DNA of 64,000 nt. Source: an uncultured Christensenellaceae bacterium (lineage in GTDB: Bacteria; Bacillota; Clostridia; Christensenellales; CAG-314). Within the stretch, counting starts at the first letter, position 1; every line of letters begins with the position of its first letter. Shown in pieces: positions 8,788-17,174 of the stretch. Location of the stretch: NCBI GenBank assembly GCA_910587795.1, contig CAJUNH010000004.1, positions 66,008-130,007 of the forward strand. Reading direction: 5' to 3'. A program made the translations under genes and the position numbers. The notes under the pieces were generated by a model that saw only the letters and a program-made list of their open reading frames with translations, was not told the origin of the DNA and did not search any database.

Positions 8788-8949
8788 ATGAAATACGTTT
8801 ATTGCATTATATGCGGACACAAATTGCTGGAAGGACACGACGGCAGCAGCGTCAAGGTAAAATGCAGCAAGTGTAAAAGCATATTAGAGGTCAATATTTT
8901 AAATCAAAACACAACCGTTACACCGATAAAAACGGACATAACTAAATAA
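8788..8949 (+). CDS. com: Mu Com-like zinc-ribbon protein (53 aa)
   Basis: Not in the ORF track because it is under 60 aa. MKYVYCIICGHKLLEGHDGSSVKVKCSKCKSILEV... matches the Com pattern MK.I.C..C.KLL.......I.I.C..CK. An RBS (GGGGGAG) lies 7 nt upstream. Confidence 0.6.
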   Translation: MKYVYCIICGHKLLEGHDGSSVKVKCSKCKSILEVNILNQNTTVTPIKTDITK

Positions 8950-9026
8950 CGCCAAGAAAAACTCCCGAAAGCGAGGACGGTAAAGACGGCATAGAGGTAC
9001 ACAAAGTACCTTTGTGCCGTCTTTTT
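8949..9026 (+). terminator. Conserved 77-nt element, copy 1: leader plus 16-bp hairpin plus U-tract
   Basis: GACGGCAUAGAGGUAC acaaa GUACCUUUGUGCCGUC (with G-U pairs) is followed by TTTTT. It sits between the com stop and the holin RBS. Confidence 0.7.
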
Positions 9027-9052
9027 ATATAAAATTAATAAGGAGAAAGCAA

Positions 9053-9421
9053 ATGGAGCACTTAGAACAAATCATAACAATAGCATCGGCAGGCGTAGGA
9101 CTGTTAGCAACGGTCACAGGCTTTTTAATTCCTTTGGTAAAAAACGTAAAAGCAAAAAACAGACTGACGGCTTTAAATAAATTAAGCGTATTGCTAAATT
9201 CGCTTATTGTCGAAGCCGAACAGTTTGCAAACTTTACGGGCGCGGAAAAGAAACAGTACGTTTTGACAAAAGCAAACCGTTACGCGCTGGAAAATAACAT
9301 TCCTTTTGAAGAATCGACGGTTGACGCCGAAATAGAAAAAATTGTCAAATTAAGCAAAAACGTTAACGTCGGCGCACCCAAATCCGCAGCGGAAAAAGTT
9401 ACCTCGGCGGCAGATAAATAA
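9053..9421 (+). CDS. LL-H-family-like phage holin (single N-terminal TM)
   Basis: 122 aa counted from the ATG that follows RBS AAGGAGAAA. The listed GTG at 9014 lies inside the terminator stem. The TM segment is IITIASAGVGLLATVTGFLIPLV. It is followed by the helical pattern ...IVEAEQF..FTGAEKKQYV......L....I......VDAEIEKIV, which is typical of Holin_LLH proteins. Confidence 0.55.
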   Translation: MEHLEQIITIASAGVGLLATVTGFLIPLVKNVKAKNRLTALNKLSVLLNSLIVEAEQFANFTGAEKKQYVLTKANRYALENNIPFEESTVDAEIEKIVKLSKNVNVGAPKSAAEKVTSAADK

Positions 9422-9525
9422 AACGGATACTTTTTTAAAAGCGTTTCCTGCCAAAACGCAAACATCGTTAAGGTATATAACTGCGATAAAACAGTCGGCT
9501 GATGTCCGTTTACGACAAAAGATCA
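9422..9525 (+). pseudogene. Relic of an rhs 5' region
   Basis: About 105 bp is roughly 80 percent identical to 17631-17735, which lies inside the second rhs gene (codons NGYLFKSVSCQNN...SRLTSVYDQ). It lies immediately after the holin stop and lacks the first ~455 bp of that gene. Confidence 0.7.
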
Positions 9526-9548
9526 CTAATAAAAAACGGAGGCACATA

Positions 9549-10457
9549 ATGAATGGTGTGGTAGATAATAAAGAATTAATCGTTCGTAAAAAAATGGCGG
9601 CTTTTTTAGAAAAATTACTGCGATATTTTGGATATGATTTTCGTCACGATATTTATAAACAAATAGTTTATAACGAAACTGACTGTCAAACTCCATTAGA
9701 GGAAAAAATTAAAAACTATTATGATGCTTATGTTTACTTGCTAAGTAATTATAAAAATCCGTTTTCGCAAAATGTATTTAAAAGATTTTTGTATATTTTA
9801 ATTGGTGTCGAACCAGATCATGCTTTGGTAGTACGTGTCACTAGCTTTTATTATCATTTAAATGATTTGCCGCCAATAGAAAAAGCCACAGAATTTCATA
9901 TGCAAGCATTTTCTGCGATGCACGATTTAGATGAAGAAATTCAAACGGTGGTATCACTAATGTTATTTAATTACTCTTTGGTAAGATATGGAATCCCCAC
10001 AGTGAGAATTTGCAGAAAAGAACTTAATCAATACTTTACCGCTAGAAAAAAATTCTTAAACGGAATCAAGACCGATATGTATAATTTTGCTTTAAATCTT
10101 ATTGCTAGTTCTCAAACGCAGGACAAGTCTTATTACAAAAATTTAAAGCCCATTACTGTTAAAGATTTATATAACGCCATTTATGCGGACAAAGAAATGC
10201 TTTATGAAAGATACGGCATAGTTCATGTGGGTATATTTGGTTCTTTTGCCAAAGGTAATAATCGCATTGACTCTGATGTTGATTTGTTGGTTCAGTTTGC
10301 TGATGACCTTACTTTTGACGAAAAAGTAGATATGTCTAAAAAAATTACAGAGCATTATTTCATTAAATTTAAACGTTTTGTCGATTTAAACGAAATTGGA
10401 AAGTACGTAATCGATAAAATATTAAAGGAAACTCATAATTATAAAAAAATATTTTAA
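9549..10457 (+). CDS. Helical-domain + minimal nucleotidyltransferase (MNT-like) fusion protein
   Basis: 302 aa. The C-terminal motif is GIFGSFAKGNNRIDSDVDLLVQF (GS...DxD NTase fold). The N-terminal ~200 aa are helical, with a possible degenerate Fic-like segment (MHDLDEEIQTVVSLMLFNYSLVRYGIP). RBS GGAGG. Confidence 0.6.
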   Translation: MNGVVDNKELIVRKKMAAFLEKLLRYFGYDFRHDIYKQIVYNETDCQTPLEEKIKNYYDAYVYLLSNYKNPFSQNVFKRFLYILIGVEPDHALVVRVTSFYYHLNDLPPIEKATEFHMQAFSAMHDLDEEIQTVVSLMLFNYSLVRYGIPTVRICRKELNQYFTARKKFLNGIKTDMYNFALNLIASSQTQDKSYYKNLKPITVKDLYNAIYADKEMLYERYGIVHVGIFGSFAKGNNRIDSDVDLLVQFADDLTFDEKVDMSKKITEHYFIKFKRFVDLNEIGKYVIDKILKETHNYKKIF

Positions 10458-10474
10458 TATAGGAGAAAAACATT

Positions 10475-13400
10475 GTGAACAGAGGATTAAAAAAATACAC
10501 TAAGCAACTTACACAAACCGTAGGAAACGCTGGTACGGTTAGCGTAAATATCAATAAGGACGATGCAAATATGCATATGATATTGCCTGTTTTAAAGACA
10601 ATAGGACTTGCACCAATAGAGTTAAAATTAATATACAATTACCAAGATAGAAGTGTAGAAGGATTATTTGGTAAAGGTTTCAAGCTTAACGTATATTCTA
10701 AATTGATGGCTTCAGGAAATAATTATAAGCTTCTCAATGCTGATGGCTCTCAAGACTTTTACACAAATGGATGTTTCAACAAGGAAACAAATCTTGTAAT
10801 AACCGCTCAATCGGACGGATATAACAATGTTTTAGGGTATCAAATAAATGACAGGAAAGGAAATATTGTTGAGTATTCTGCCGAACAAACGGAATATCCT
10901 AAGCTGATAAAAAACGATGGAGAAACATTTACTTTGGATTTTATCAAGAGCTATCCAACGATTGAAAACGGACGAGGAGATCTTGTAAGATTTATAACGA
11001 CAAAAAACAGAGTAGAAAGAGTGGTTTATTCTAGAAATGAAGCGGCTGTTTTAATTGTTGAATTTACCTACGATAACGACGGAAGATTGATATCGGTTGT
11101 GTATACTGACGGTACCGGTAGAACCAGTACAGATTATGCGCTCAACAGCACTTCCATTATATACGGAAGCAATACTGTTTCATTAAAAGACAATATCAGT
11201 GCTTATTTTGTCAGGGTGGCTTTTGATAGTCTGGGTAAAGCTACAACAATAGAAGAGGGTTTCGGCGATACTTTTTTGAATGAACGTAAAATAGCTCTAT
11301 CTTATGCAGAAAATAAGACCACGGTAACTAATGCTAAAAATAACAGTATAAACTATTTATTCGATAGCGAAGGATTACCGTTGTTCCAAGTAGACAGTCA
11401 AGGTATAGCAATAGAAACGGAAGTTGATAAGGATACAAAGCGTCTGCTTGCAAAAAGCTCGCCGATTTTGGCTAATTGTTCCAATACAATATACTCCGGC
11501 AAGGCGTCTTGTTTTTCTAACAACGGGGTTACGGTCATAGATAAATTTTGTACCGATGATATTTTAAAAAAATTTATTAACGCTGTAAGTACTGTTAAAG
11601 GGTCGGGCACCTTAACTTGTGAGGTTCCTTATTTGGGATTGCCTGGCGATAGTATTATGGCGGTAATTTGGGGAAAACAACTCAAGCCTTTGTCTCAGGG
11701 CAAAGTTTCCGTATCCCTTTCGGTTGACAACGAAACCGATACAGACTTTTTTAAAAAAGACACGGCGGATTCAAATTTTGATTTTCTCACTTTGGGCGTT
11801 ACGGCGAATAAGTCATTTTCCAAAATTGTAATGCAAATTAATTTGGAAAATAGCACCGAAATAGAACTTTGCGGAATACATATTTTAAAAAAGAAATATG
11901 GCTCGGCATATAAATATGACGATTACGGCAACTGTACCGAAGTGGAAAACACCGGTAAAACAATGGCGTTAAGGTATAATGAAAAAAGTTTGTTGACGGA
12001 TATTATCGGCGCAGATTCGTTATATTCAAAAAACGAATACAATACTAAAAATAAGGTAGAGCGTTCCATTACAGCGTTCGGCACAACTATAACAAACGTT
12101 TACGATGATTTTAATCATTTGGTTAAAACAAGTATGCAAACTGCGGACAATTCACAAATAATGGAAACAACAAGGACTTACACACCTGATGGGCGGTTTG
12201 TAGAATCGGTTACAAACGAAATGGGCAAATCCACCAAATTTACACATGACAAATATGGCAGAATTATAAAAGTCCTTGATGCTATGGGGTGCGCGGCAGA
12301 GTCTAACTATGCAGACAACGGCTTGCTAAAAAAACTTATTTTGGGGACAGGAAGCGAAAGTCGGTCCGCAACGTATAGATACTACAATAACCGTCAAATA
12401 ATGAGTATAGCGTTAAGCGGTAGTCAAACATATGAATTTAATTACAATGACCGTCTCGATCTTAGCGAAATTTTATTAAACGAGACCGTATTATATCAAT
12501 TTGTATATGACGAATTGGGCAACGTCATAGCAGAAAAATACGGACTCAACTCAGGTAAAATGTTGTTTGAATACAACAAATTCGGCAATATCGTAAAGAC
12601 TAAGTATCTTGCCCCCAACAGCAATGTCCCGCAAATAAAGTATCAATACGAATACGATTCTTTGCAAATGTTGACGAGAGTCGTAGACGGCAAGGGTAAA
12701 GAAATTGTAAGATATACCTATGACAATGACGGAAAACGTATTAGCGAAATTGTCAACGGCAGCGTAATTAACAATAACTACGATATTAAAGGAGACCTTG
12801 TACTGCAAGCGCGTCAACATGACAATGAAGTAATATACCAGTCTTTTGAACGGGCAGATCGTTCTAAAAGCGAATCTCCGCAATCTCTTATAGAATCCTT
12901 TGGTAAGGAAAATTATCTTTGTTTCTTTGAGGGACATGCTGTTTTAACAAAAGGTGACGAAGCAATCATACCCAAGGTAACAGATGAACGTATTTTAGAA
13001 ATTCATAGAGACGGATTTCTTCCGTTTATAAATACATGGTCGTCTCAACTAAGTTACACGTTTAATAAATCTTTTTCTAATAAAGGTTTTAGCGTTCAAT
13101 TTTGGTTTAAACCGGAAAATTTGTCTGCTGCGGGTAACCTGTTCTATTGCACATCTACAGACGGCCGTATAATTCAAGTATATTATCAAAACAAAAAACT
13201 GGTTTTGTCCTTGGACGGCAGCGAAATTAAAACAGTAAACGAAGCCGTTGAGGGTTGGAACTTTATGTCAATTAATGTCGTAAATGATAACGGGCGGAAC
13301 AAATATTGTCTAACGTTAAACGGCCGCATTACAAGCAGCAATACGTTGTCGGCATTTGACTTGGGCAATAATCCGCAATTCTTTATCGGCAGCGCTCCCC

Positions 13401-15706
13401 AAAACGGCTATAATTTCCGCGGTCAACTTGCCTGTATGATGATTTCGTTGGGAAAAACAATGCCGCAAAAAGATATATACGATTTCTACCGCACATCAAA
13501 GGATTATATTATCGAAAAATCGGCTGTAGATAATAAATGTATTGATTTTTCCGAAACTGTATTGTATACTATTAATAACGAAATTACAAAAAATTATGAT
13601 ATCTTCCCGCTGCACAGCAATTACACGTCTTTAAAGGGAACCAAACCGATACTGGCGGAAAAGAACGTCGGGTCTCAATTAGATAAAGACAGATCCTTCC
13701 ATTTTAATTTACTGTCGCGCAGCTATGCTTATGTTGCCGACGGACGTCCGTTGGTATACGGATTCAATCACACAAACGAAGGCACAATACTAATGCGGGC
13801 ATATATAAGTCAAAATGCAGGCAAACAGTATTTCTTTGAGGGAAAAGATACGCAAGGTAATACTTTAGGTCTGTATAAGGCAAGCAACGGTAAATTATGC
13901 GTGGATTTAAAAGATACTATCATAACTACGGGACTGGATTTTATCGAGAAAAAATGGCAGACAATCGGCTTAACATTCGGTACCGAAGTTACGTCAACAT
14001 CTTTGTCTAGTTCGTCCACAAGAAAGATTTGCGTATATTTGGATGAAGAAGTATACGAAACGGTAATTCAAAAAACGTTGGATTTTACAGGGCTGTCGTA
14101 TTCTATAGGACGTACTATGGATAAAATTAACGACAGCACATTACCGGACGGCGGCGAATGTTATCCGTTGTACGGGCAAATCGAAATGCTGACTGTCGAT
14201 AGTAATTACTGTTATAACAGTAAAATGCAATATTTGGCAGCTCAGTTAAATAATGTTTCCTGCGTTACGGAACGTGACGAATTTGGATTGTTAAAACGTA
14301 AGGGAGTGCAAAATCACAAACAAAGTATATGGGCAAAAAATATAACCTATAAAAGGCGTTCCCAAAAATCCAAGTATTATTCTAAAGTTGTAGAAGCGGA
14401 AGATATTTGGACTGGTGCAAATCATTCAAAACGTTCGTATGTAACGGACGATTTAGGACGAATAACGTCGATTACTGATACAACGTTCGGCGGACATACT
14501 TACGAATACGACTCCTCCGGCAGAGTGATTAAGGACGACGGTAAAAGTATTTTCTACGATAAAAACGGCAATATTACAAACCTGTGCGGAGTAGGAATGG
14601 AATACAGTGACGCAACGTACAGCCTTATAACCAAAGCGGATGGCAACACTGTTAGATACGATGCTAACGGCGATTATTTAGTCACAGGTTGGAGAAGCAG
14701 ATATTTTGATTATTTTAGAAATCAGCTGATTGTGTTTGGAACAACCGGCGCGCAGTATCAATATACGTATAACCATCTTGGGCAAAGAATAAGCAAAATC
14801 GAACCGAACGGCACTACGCAATATGTTTACAGCGGATTAAAGCTGCTTACGGAAATTACCGACAATTATCGGCTGGACTTCCTGTATGACGAAAACGACG
14901 AACTATTCGGCTTTGTAAAAAATAACGTAAACAAATACTTTTACATAAAAGATATTTTGGATAATATACTCGGTATTGTAGATGAAAATGGTACTCTTGT
15001 TGGAAAATACAGTTACACAGCATTCGGTAAAACAACCGTAACGTTGGATCAGTTCGGTATTGCCAATCTCAATCCTTTCCGTTTTAAATGTTGCTATCAG
15101 GATTACGAATCGGGTATGTACTTTATTAACGGCCGTTACTATATACCCGAATGGGGCAGATGGCTGACTTACGATAAGTCATCTATAGACTTTATGAGCG
15201 TCGGCAAACATAACCCGTTTGGATTAAATACGCTTTGTCCAGTAACGTACAAGCCGGGAACGGAAATTCCTGCATATAATGTACCGAATAACGAATTTAT
15301 AAAGTTTGTACCGTATCTTAAAGATGAATGGTTGTTTACAAACGGACCAGAGTTTTTCAAAGTAACAAATGAAGGCATAGTTATTATTGACGGCAGCAAG
15401 TCGGTATATAAAAGTACGTTGGCACTTGACGAGGAAAAAGAACATTCGCTGTATGTTTCTTTCGGTAACGTCGATGCTTATTTTGGTGTTAATTACCAAA
15501 AAGGTATAGGATTGCAAATGGATGCAAGCGTGGTGGCATTGGGTTACGACGGGAAATACGTTGACATTGAAATTTCTGTCCTAACAATTGGTGGTGGCGC
15601 AATGTGCAGTAGCGAAAGATTTTCATTAGCTTTCAAAGGCAAATTGGTGGGTTTTTCTATAAGTATTAACATACAAGCAATTTTAGACACAGTATTTGGA
15701 GGATAA
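10475..15706 (+). CDS. Rhs/YD-repeat polymorphic toxin 1 with two LamG-like inserts and an unassigned C-terminal toxin domain
   Basis: 1743 aa with many YD repeats (YTYDNDGRLISV, YTPDGRFVESV, HDKYGRIIKV, YEYDSSGRVIKDDG). The core-closing block is YFYIKDILDNILGIVDENGTLVGKYSYTAFGK...NPFRFKCCYQDYESGMYFINGRYYIPEWGRWLTYD. LamG_3-like segments span nt 13085-14215 (FSVQFWFKPENL...FRGQLACMMISLG; ILMRAYIS...LYGQIEMLTV). The last ~180 aa carry no motif I recognise. I see no signal peptide, LXG or PAAR domain at the N-terminus. Confidence 0.85.
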   Translation: MNRGLKKYTKQLTQTVGNAGTVSVNINKDDANMHMILPVLKTIGLAPIELKLIYNYQDRSVEGLFGKGFKLNVYSKLMASGNNYKLLNADGSQDFYTNGCFNKETNLVITAQSDGYNNVLGYQINDRKGNIVEYSAEQTEYPKLIKNDGETFTLDFIKSYPTIENGRGDLVRFITTKNRVERVVYSRNEAAVLIVEFTYDNDGRLISVVYTDGTGRTSTDYALNSTSIIYGSNTVSLKDNISAYFVRVAFDSLGKATTIEEGFGDTFLNERKIALSYAENKTTVTNAKNNSINYLFDSEGLPLFQVDSQGIAIETEVDKDTKRLLAKSSPILANCSNTIYSGKASCFSNNGVTVIDKFCTDDILKKFINAVSTVKGSGTLTCEVPYLGLPGDSIMAVIWGKQLKPLSQGKVSVSLSVDNETDTDFFKKDTADSNFDFLTLGVTANKSFSKIVMQINLENSTEIELCGIHILKKKYGSAYKYDDYGNCTEVENTGKTMALRYNEKSLLTDIIGADSLYSKNEYNTKNKVERSITAFGTTITNVYDDFNHLVKTSMQTADNSQIMETTRTYTPDGRFVESVTNEMGKSTKFTHDKYGRIIKVLDAMGCAAESNYADNGLLKKLILGTGSESRSATYRYYNNRQIMSIALSGSQTYEFNYNDRLDLSEILLNETVLYQFVYDELGNVIAEKYGLNSGKMLFEYNKFGNIVKTKYLAPNSNVPQIKYQYEYDSLQMLTRVVDGKGKEIVRYTYDNDGKRISEIVNGSVINNNYDIKGDLVLQARQHDNEVIYQSFERADRSKSESPQSLIESFGKENYLCFFEGHAVLTKGDEAIIPKVTDERILEIHRDGFLPFINTWSSQLSYTFNKSFSNKGFSVQFWFKPENLSAAGNLFYCTSTDGRIIQVYYQNKKLVLSLDGSEIKTVNEAVEGWNFMSINVVNDNGRNKYCLTLNGRITSSNTLSAFDLGNNPQFFIGSAPQNGYNFRGQLACMMISLGKTMPQKDIYDFYRTSKDYIIEKSAVDNKCIDFSETVLYTINNEITKNYDIFPLHSNYTSLKGTKPILAEKNVGSQLDKDRSFHFNLLSRSYAYVADGRPLVYGFNHTNEGTILMRAYISQNAGKQYFFEGKDTQGNTLGLYKASNGKLCVDLKDTIITTGLDFIEKKWQTIGLTFGTEVTSTSLSSSSTRKICVYLDEEVYETVIQKTLDFTGLSYSIGRTMDKINDSTLPDGGECYPLYGQIEMLTVDSNYCYNSKMQYLAAQLNNVSCVTERDEFGLLKRKGVQNHKQSIWAKNITYKRRSQKSKYYSKVVEAEDIWTGANHSKRSYVTDDLGRITSITDTTFGGHTYEYDSSGRVIKDDGKSIFYDKNGNITNLCGVGMEYSDATYSLITKADGNTVRYDANGDYLVTGWRSRYFDYFRNQLIVFGTTGAQYQYTYNHLGQRISKIEPNGTTQYVYSGLKLLTEITDNYRLDFLYDENDELFGFVKNNVNKYFYIKDILDNILGIVDENGTLVGKYSYTAFGKTTVTLDQFGIANLNPFRFKCCYQDYESGMYFINGRYYIPEWGRWLTYDKSSIDFMSVGKHNPFGLNTLCPVTYKPGTEIPAYNVPNNEFIKFVPYLKDEWLFTNGPEFFKVTNEGIVIIDGSKSVYKSTLALDEEKEHSLYVSFGNVDAYFGVNYQKGIGLQMDASVVALGYDGKYVDIEISVLTIGGGAMCSSERFSLAFKGKLVGFSISINIQAILDTVFGG

Positions 15707-16005
15707 TGATGTACGATTTTCATCTTGAAATAAAGAGAGGAATGTTGTTTCGCAGAATGTATTGCTGTAAATGCGGCACAAAACTGAAACGGCGTAGTAC
15801 CTCTCGGTTAGTCAATAAAGGCGAAATAGGATATATCAATAATATTTTACCTGGAATTTATTTTGGTGGGCCAACCTCGCAAATTCAGGTTCGGTACGTC
15901 TATATATGCCCAAACTGTAAACAAATAACTACCTACGATCAGCAATGCATAATAGCCAAAAAACAAAAGCAAGCCAAAACAAAAATTTTAGAAGAATATA
16001 AGTAA
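15706..16005 (+). CDS. Candidate immunity protein 1 (zinc-ribbon, 99 aa)
   Basis: TAATG overlap with the rhs stop. It has CCKCG...CPNCK cysteine pairs, and its position is that of a cognate immunity gene. Confidence 0.5.
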   Translation: MMYDFHLEIKRGMLFRRMYCCKCGTKLKRRSTSRLVNKGEIGYINNILPGIYFGGPTSQIQVRYVYICPNCKQITTYDQQCIIAKKQKQAKTKILEEYK

Positions 16006-16023
16006 TTTTATTTGTCAATTACG

Positions 16024-16057
16024 ATGAGCGTATCAATTATGATGCGCTCATATTTTT
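16024..16057 (+). terminator. Rho-independent terminator after cassette A
   Basis: The 10-bp stem is ATGAGCGTAT/ATGCGCTCAT (one G-U pair) with an 8-nt loop, followed by ATTTTT. Confidence 0.6.
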
Positions 16058-16352
16058 GCTCAAATTGAAAAAGCCAATCAAATTACTTGGAGAAAAAAAT
16101 CTCTATATATTGCAGCGCAATCAAAACAAAAAATAACGTAATTCTAATAAACTTAGCAATATTCCGGAATAAATCTTGATGTTTATGGCAGTTACTAAGT
16201 TGTTTTTGCCCCGTAACGCCGTAAAATGTTTTTCGCTCCTAACACTTTTTACTGTATCGAATACAAAAACACTCTTACTCAAACAAGAAAATAACAAAAA
16301 CAAAATCGTTGTCTTTTTAAAAAATATTTTGAAAAAATTTTTGCTCAAACTA

Positions 16353-16381
16353 TTGACAAATCGATTTTTATGGTTTATACT
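16353..16381 (+). promoter_or_regulatory. Consensus sigma70 promoter of cassette B
   Basis: Identical to 8622-8650. Confidence 0.6.
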
Positions 16382-16518
16382 AACGCCATAAGTCGAACGA
16401 ATGTTCTATTTATACAAACATATTTACATTCGACGCGCTCAGTAACCAAATTATAAATCAATTAATAGTACAAAAAATATAATACGGTATTAATACAACA
16501 TAGGGGGAGAATTAAACA

Positions 16519-16680
16519 ATGAAATACGTTTATTGCATTATATGCGGACACAAATTGCTGGAAGGACACGACGGCAGCAGCGTCAAGGTAAAATGCAGCA
16601 AGTGTAAAAGCATATTAGAGGTCAATATTTTAAATCAAAACACAACCGTTACACCGATAAAAACGGACATAACTAAATAA
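16519..16680 (+). CDS. com: Mu Com-like zinc-ribbon protein, second identical copy
   Basis: Identical to 8788-8949. Confidence 0.6.
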   Translation: MKYVYCIICGHKLLEGHDGSSVKVKCSKCKSILEVNILNQNTTVTPIKTDITK

Positions 16681-16757
16681 CGCCAAGAAAAACTCCCGAA
16701 AGCGAGGACGGTAAAGACGGCATAGAGGTACACAAAGTACCTTTGTGCCGTCTTTTT
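16680..16757 (+). terminator. Conserved 77-nt element, copy 2
   Basis: Identical to copy 1. Confidence 0.7.
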
Positions 16758-16783
16758 ATATAAAATTAATAAGGAGAAAGCAA

Positions 16784-17164
16784 ATGGAGCACTTAGAACA
16801 AATCATAACAATAGCATCGGCAGGCGTAGGACTGTTAGCAACGGTCACAGGCTTTTTAATTCCTTTGGTAAAAAACGTAAAAGCAAAAAACAGACTGACG
16901 GCTTTAAATAAATTAAGCGTATTGCTAAATTCGCTTATTGTCGAAGCCGAACAGTTTGCAAACTTTACGGGCGCGGAAAAGAAACAGTACGTTTTGACAA
17001 AAGCAAACCGTTACGCGCTGGAAAATAACATTCCTTTTGAAGAATCGACGGTTGACGCCGAAATAGAAAAAATTGTCAAATTAAGCAAAAACGTTAACGT
17101 CGGCGCACCCAAATCCGCAGCGGAAAAAGTTAAGGCGGCGGCAGATAAATACAAAATAGGCTGA
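16784..17164 (+). CDS. LL-H-family-like holin, second copy (126 aa, divergent last residues)
   Basis: Identical to the first copy up to ...SAAEKV, after which it ends KAAADKYKIG instead of TSAADK. Confidence 0.55.
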   Translation: MEHLEQIITIASAGVGLLATVTGFLIPLVKNVKAKNRLTALNKLSVLLNSLIVEAEQFANFTGAEKKQYVLTKANRYALENNIPFEESTVDAEIEKIVKLSKNVNVGAPKSAAEKVKAAADKYKIG

Positions 17165-17174
17165 GGATACGATT

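Larger units (their letters stand above)
8544..9419 (+). repeat. Direct repeat copy A (promoter-com-terminator-holin module)
   Basis: 8544-9401 is identical by eye to 16275-17132 (offset 7731, 858 bp). Similarity with 3 substitutions continues to 9419. Confidence 0.9.
16275..17150 (+). repeat. Direct repeat copy B (promoter-com-terminator-holin module)
   Basis: See copy A; the offset is 7731 bp. Confidence 0.9.

Noticed and set aside
9014-9052. Listed GTG starts at 9014, 16745 and 23317 that add MPSFYIKLIRRKQ / MPSFNLK... to the holin and tail-fibre-like ORFs.
   Set aside because: These codons lie within the 3' arm and U-tract of the terminator hairpin. Good RBS-ATG pairs occur downstream at 9053, 16784 and 23368.
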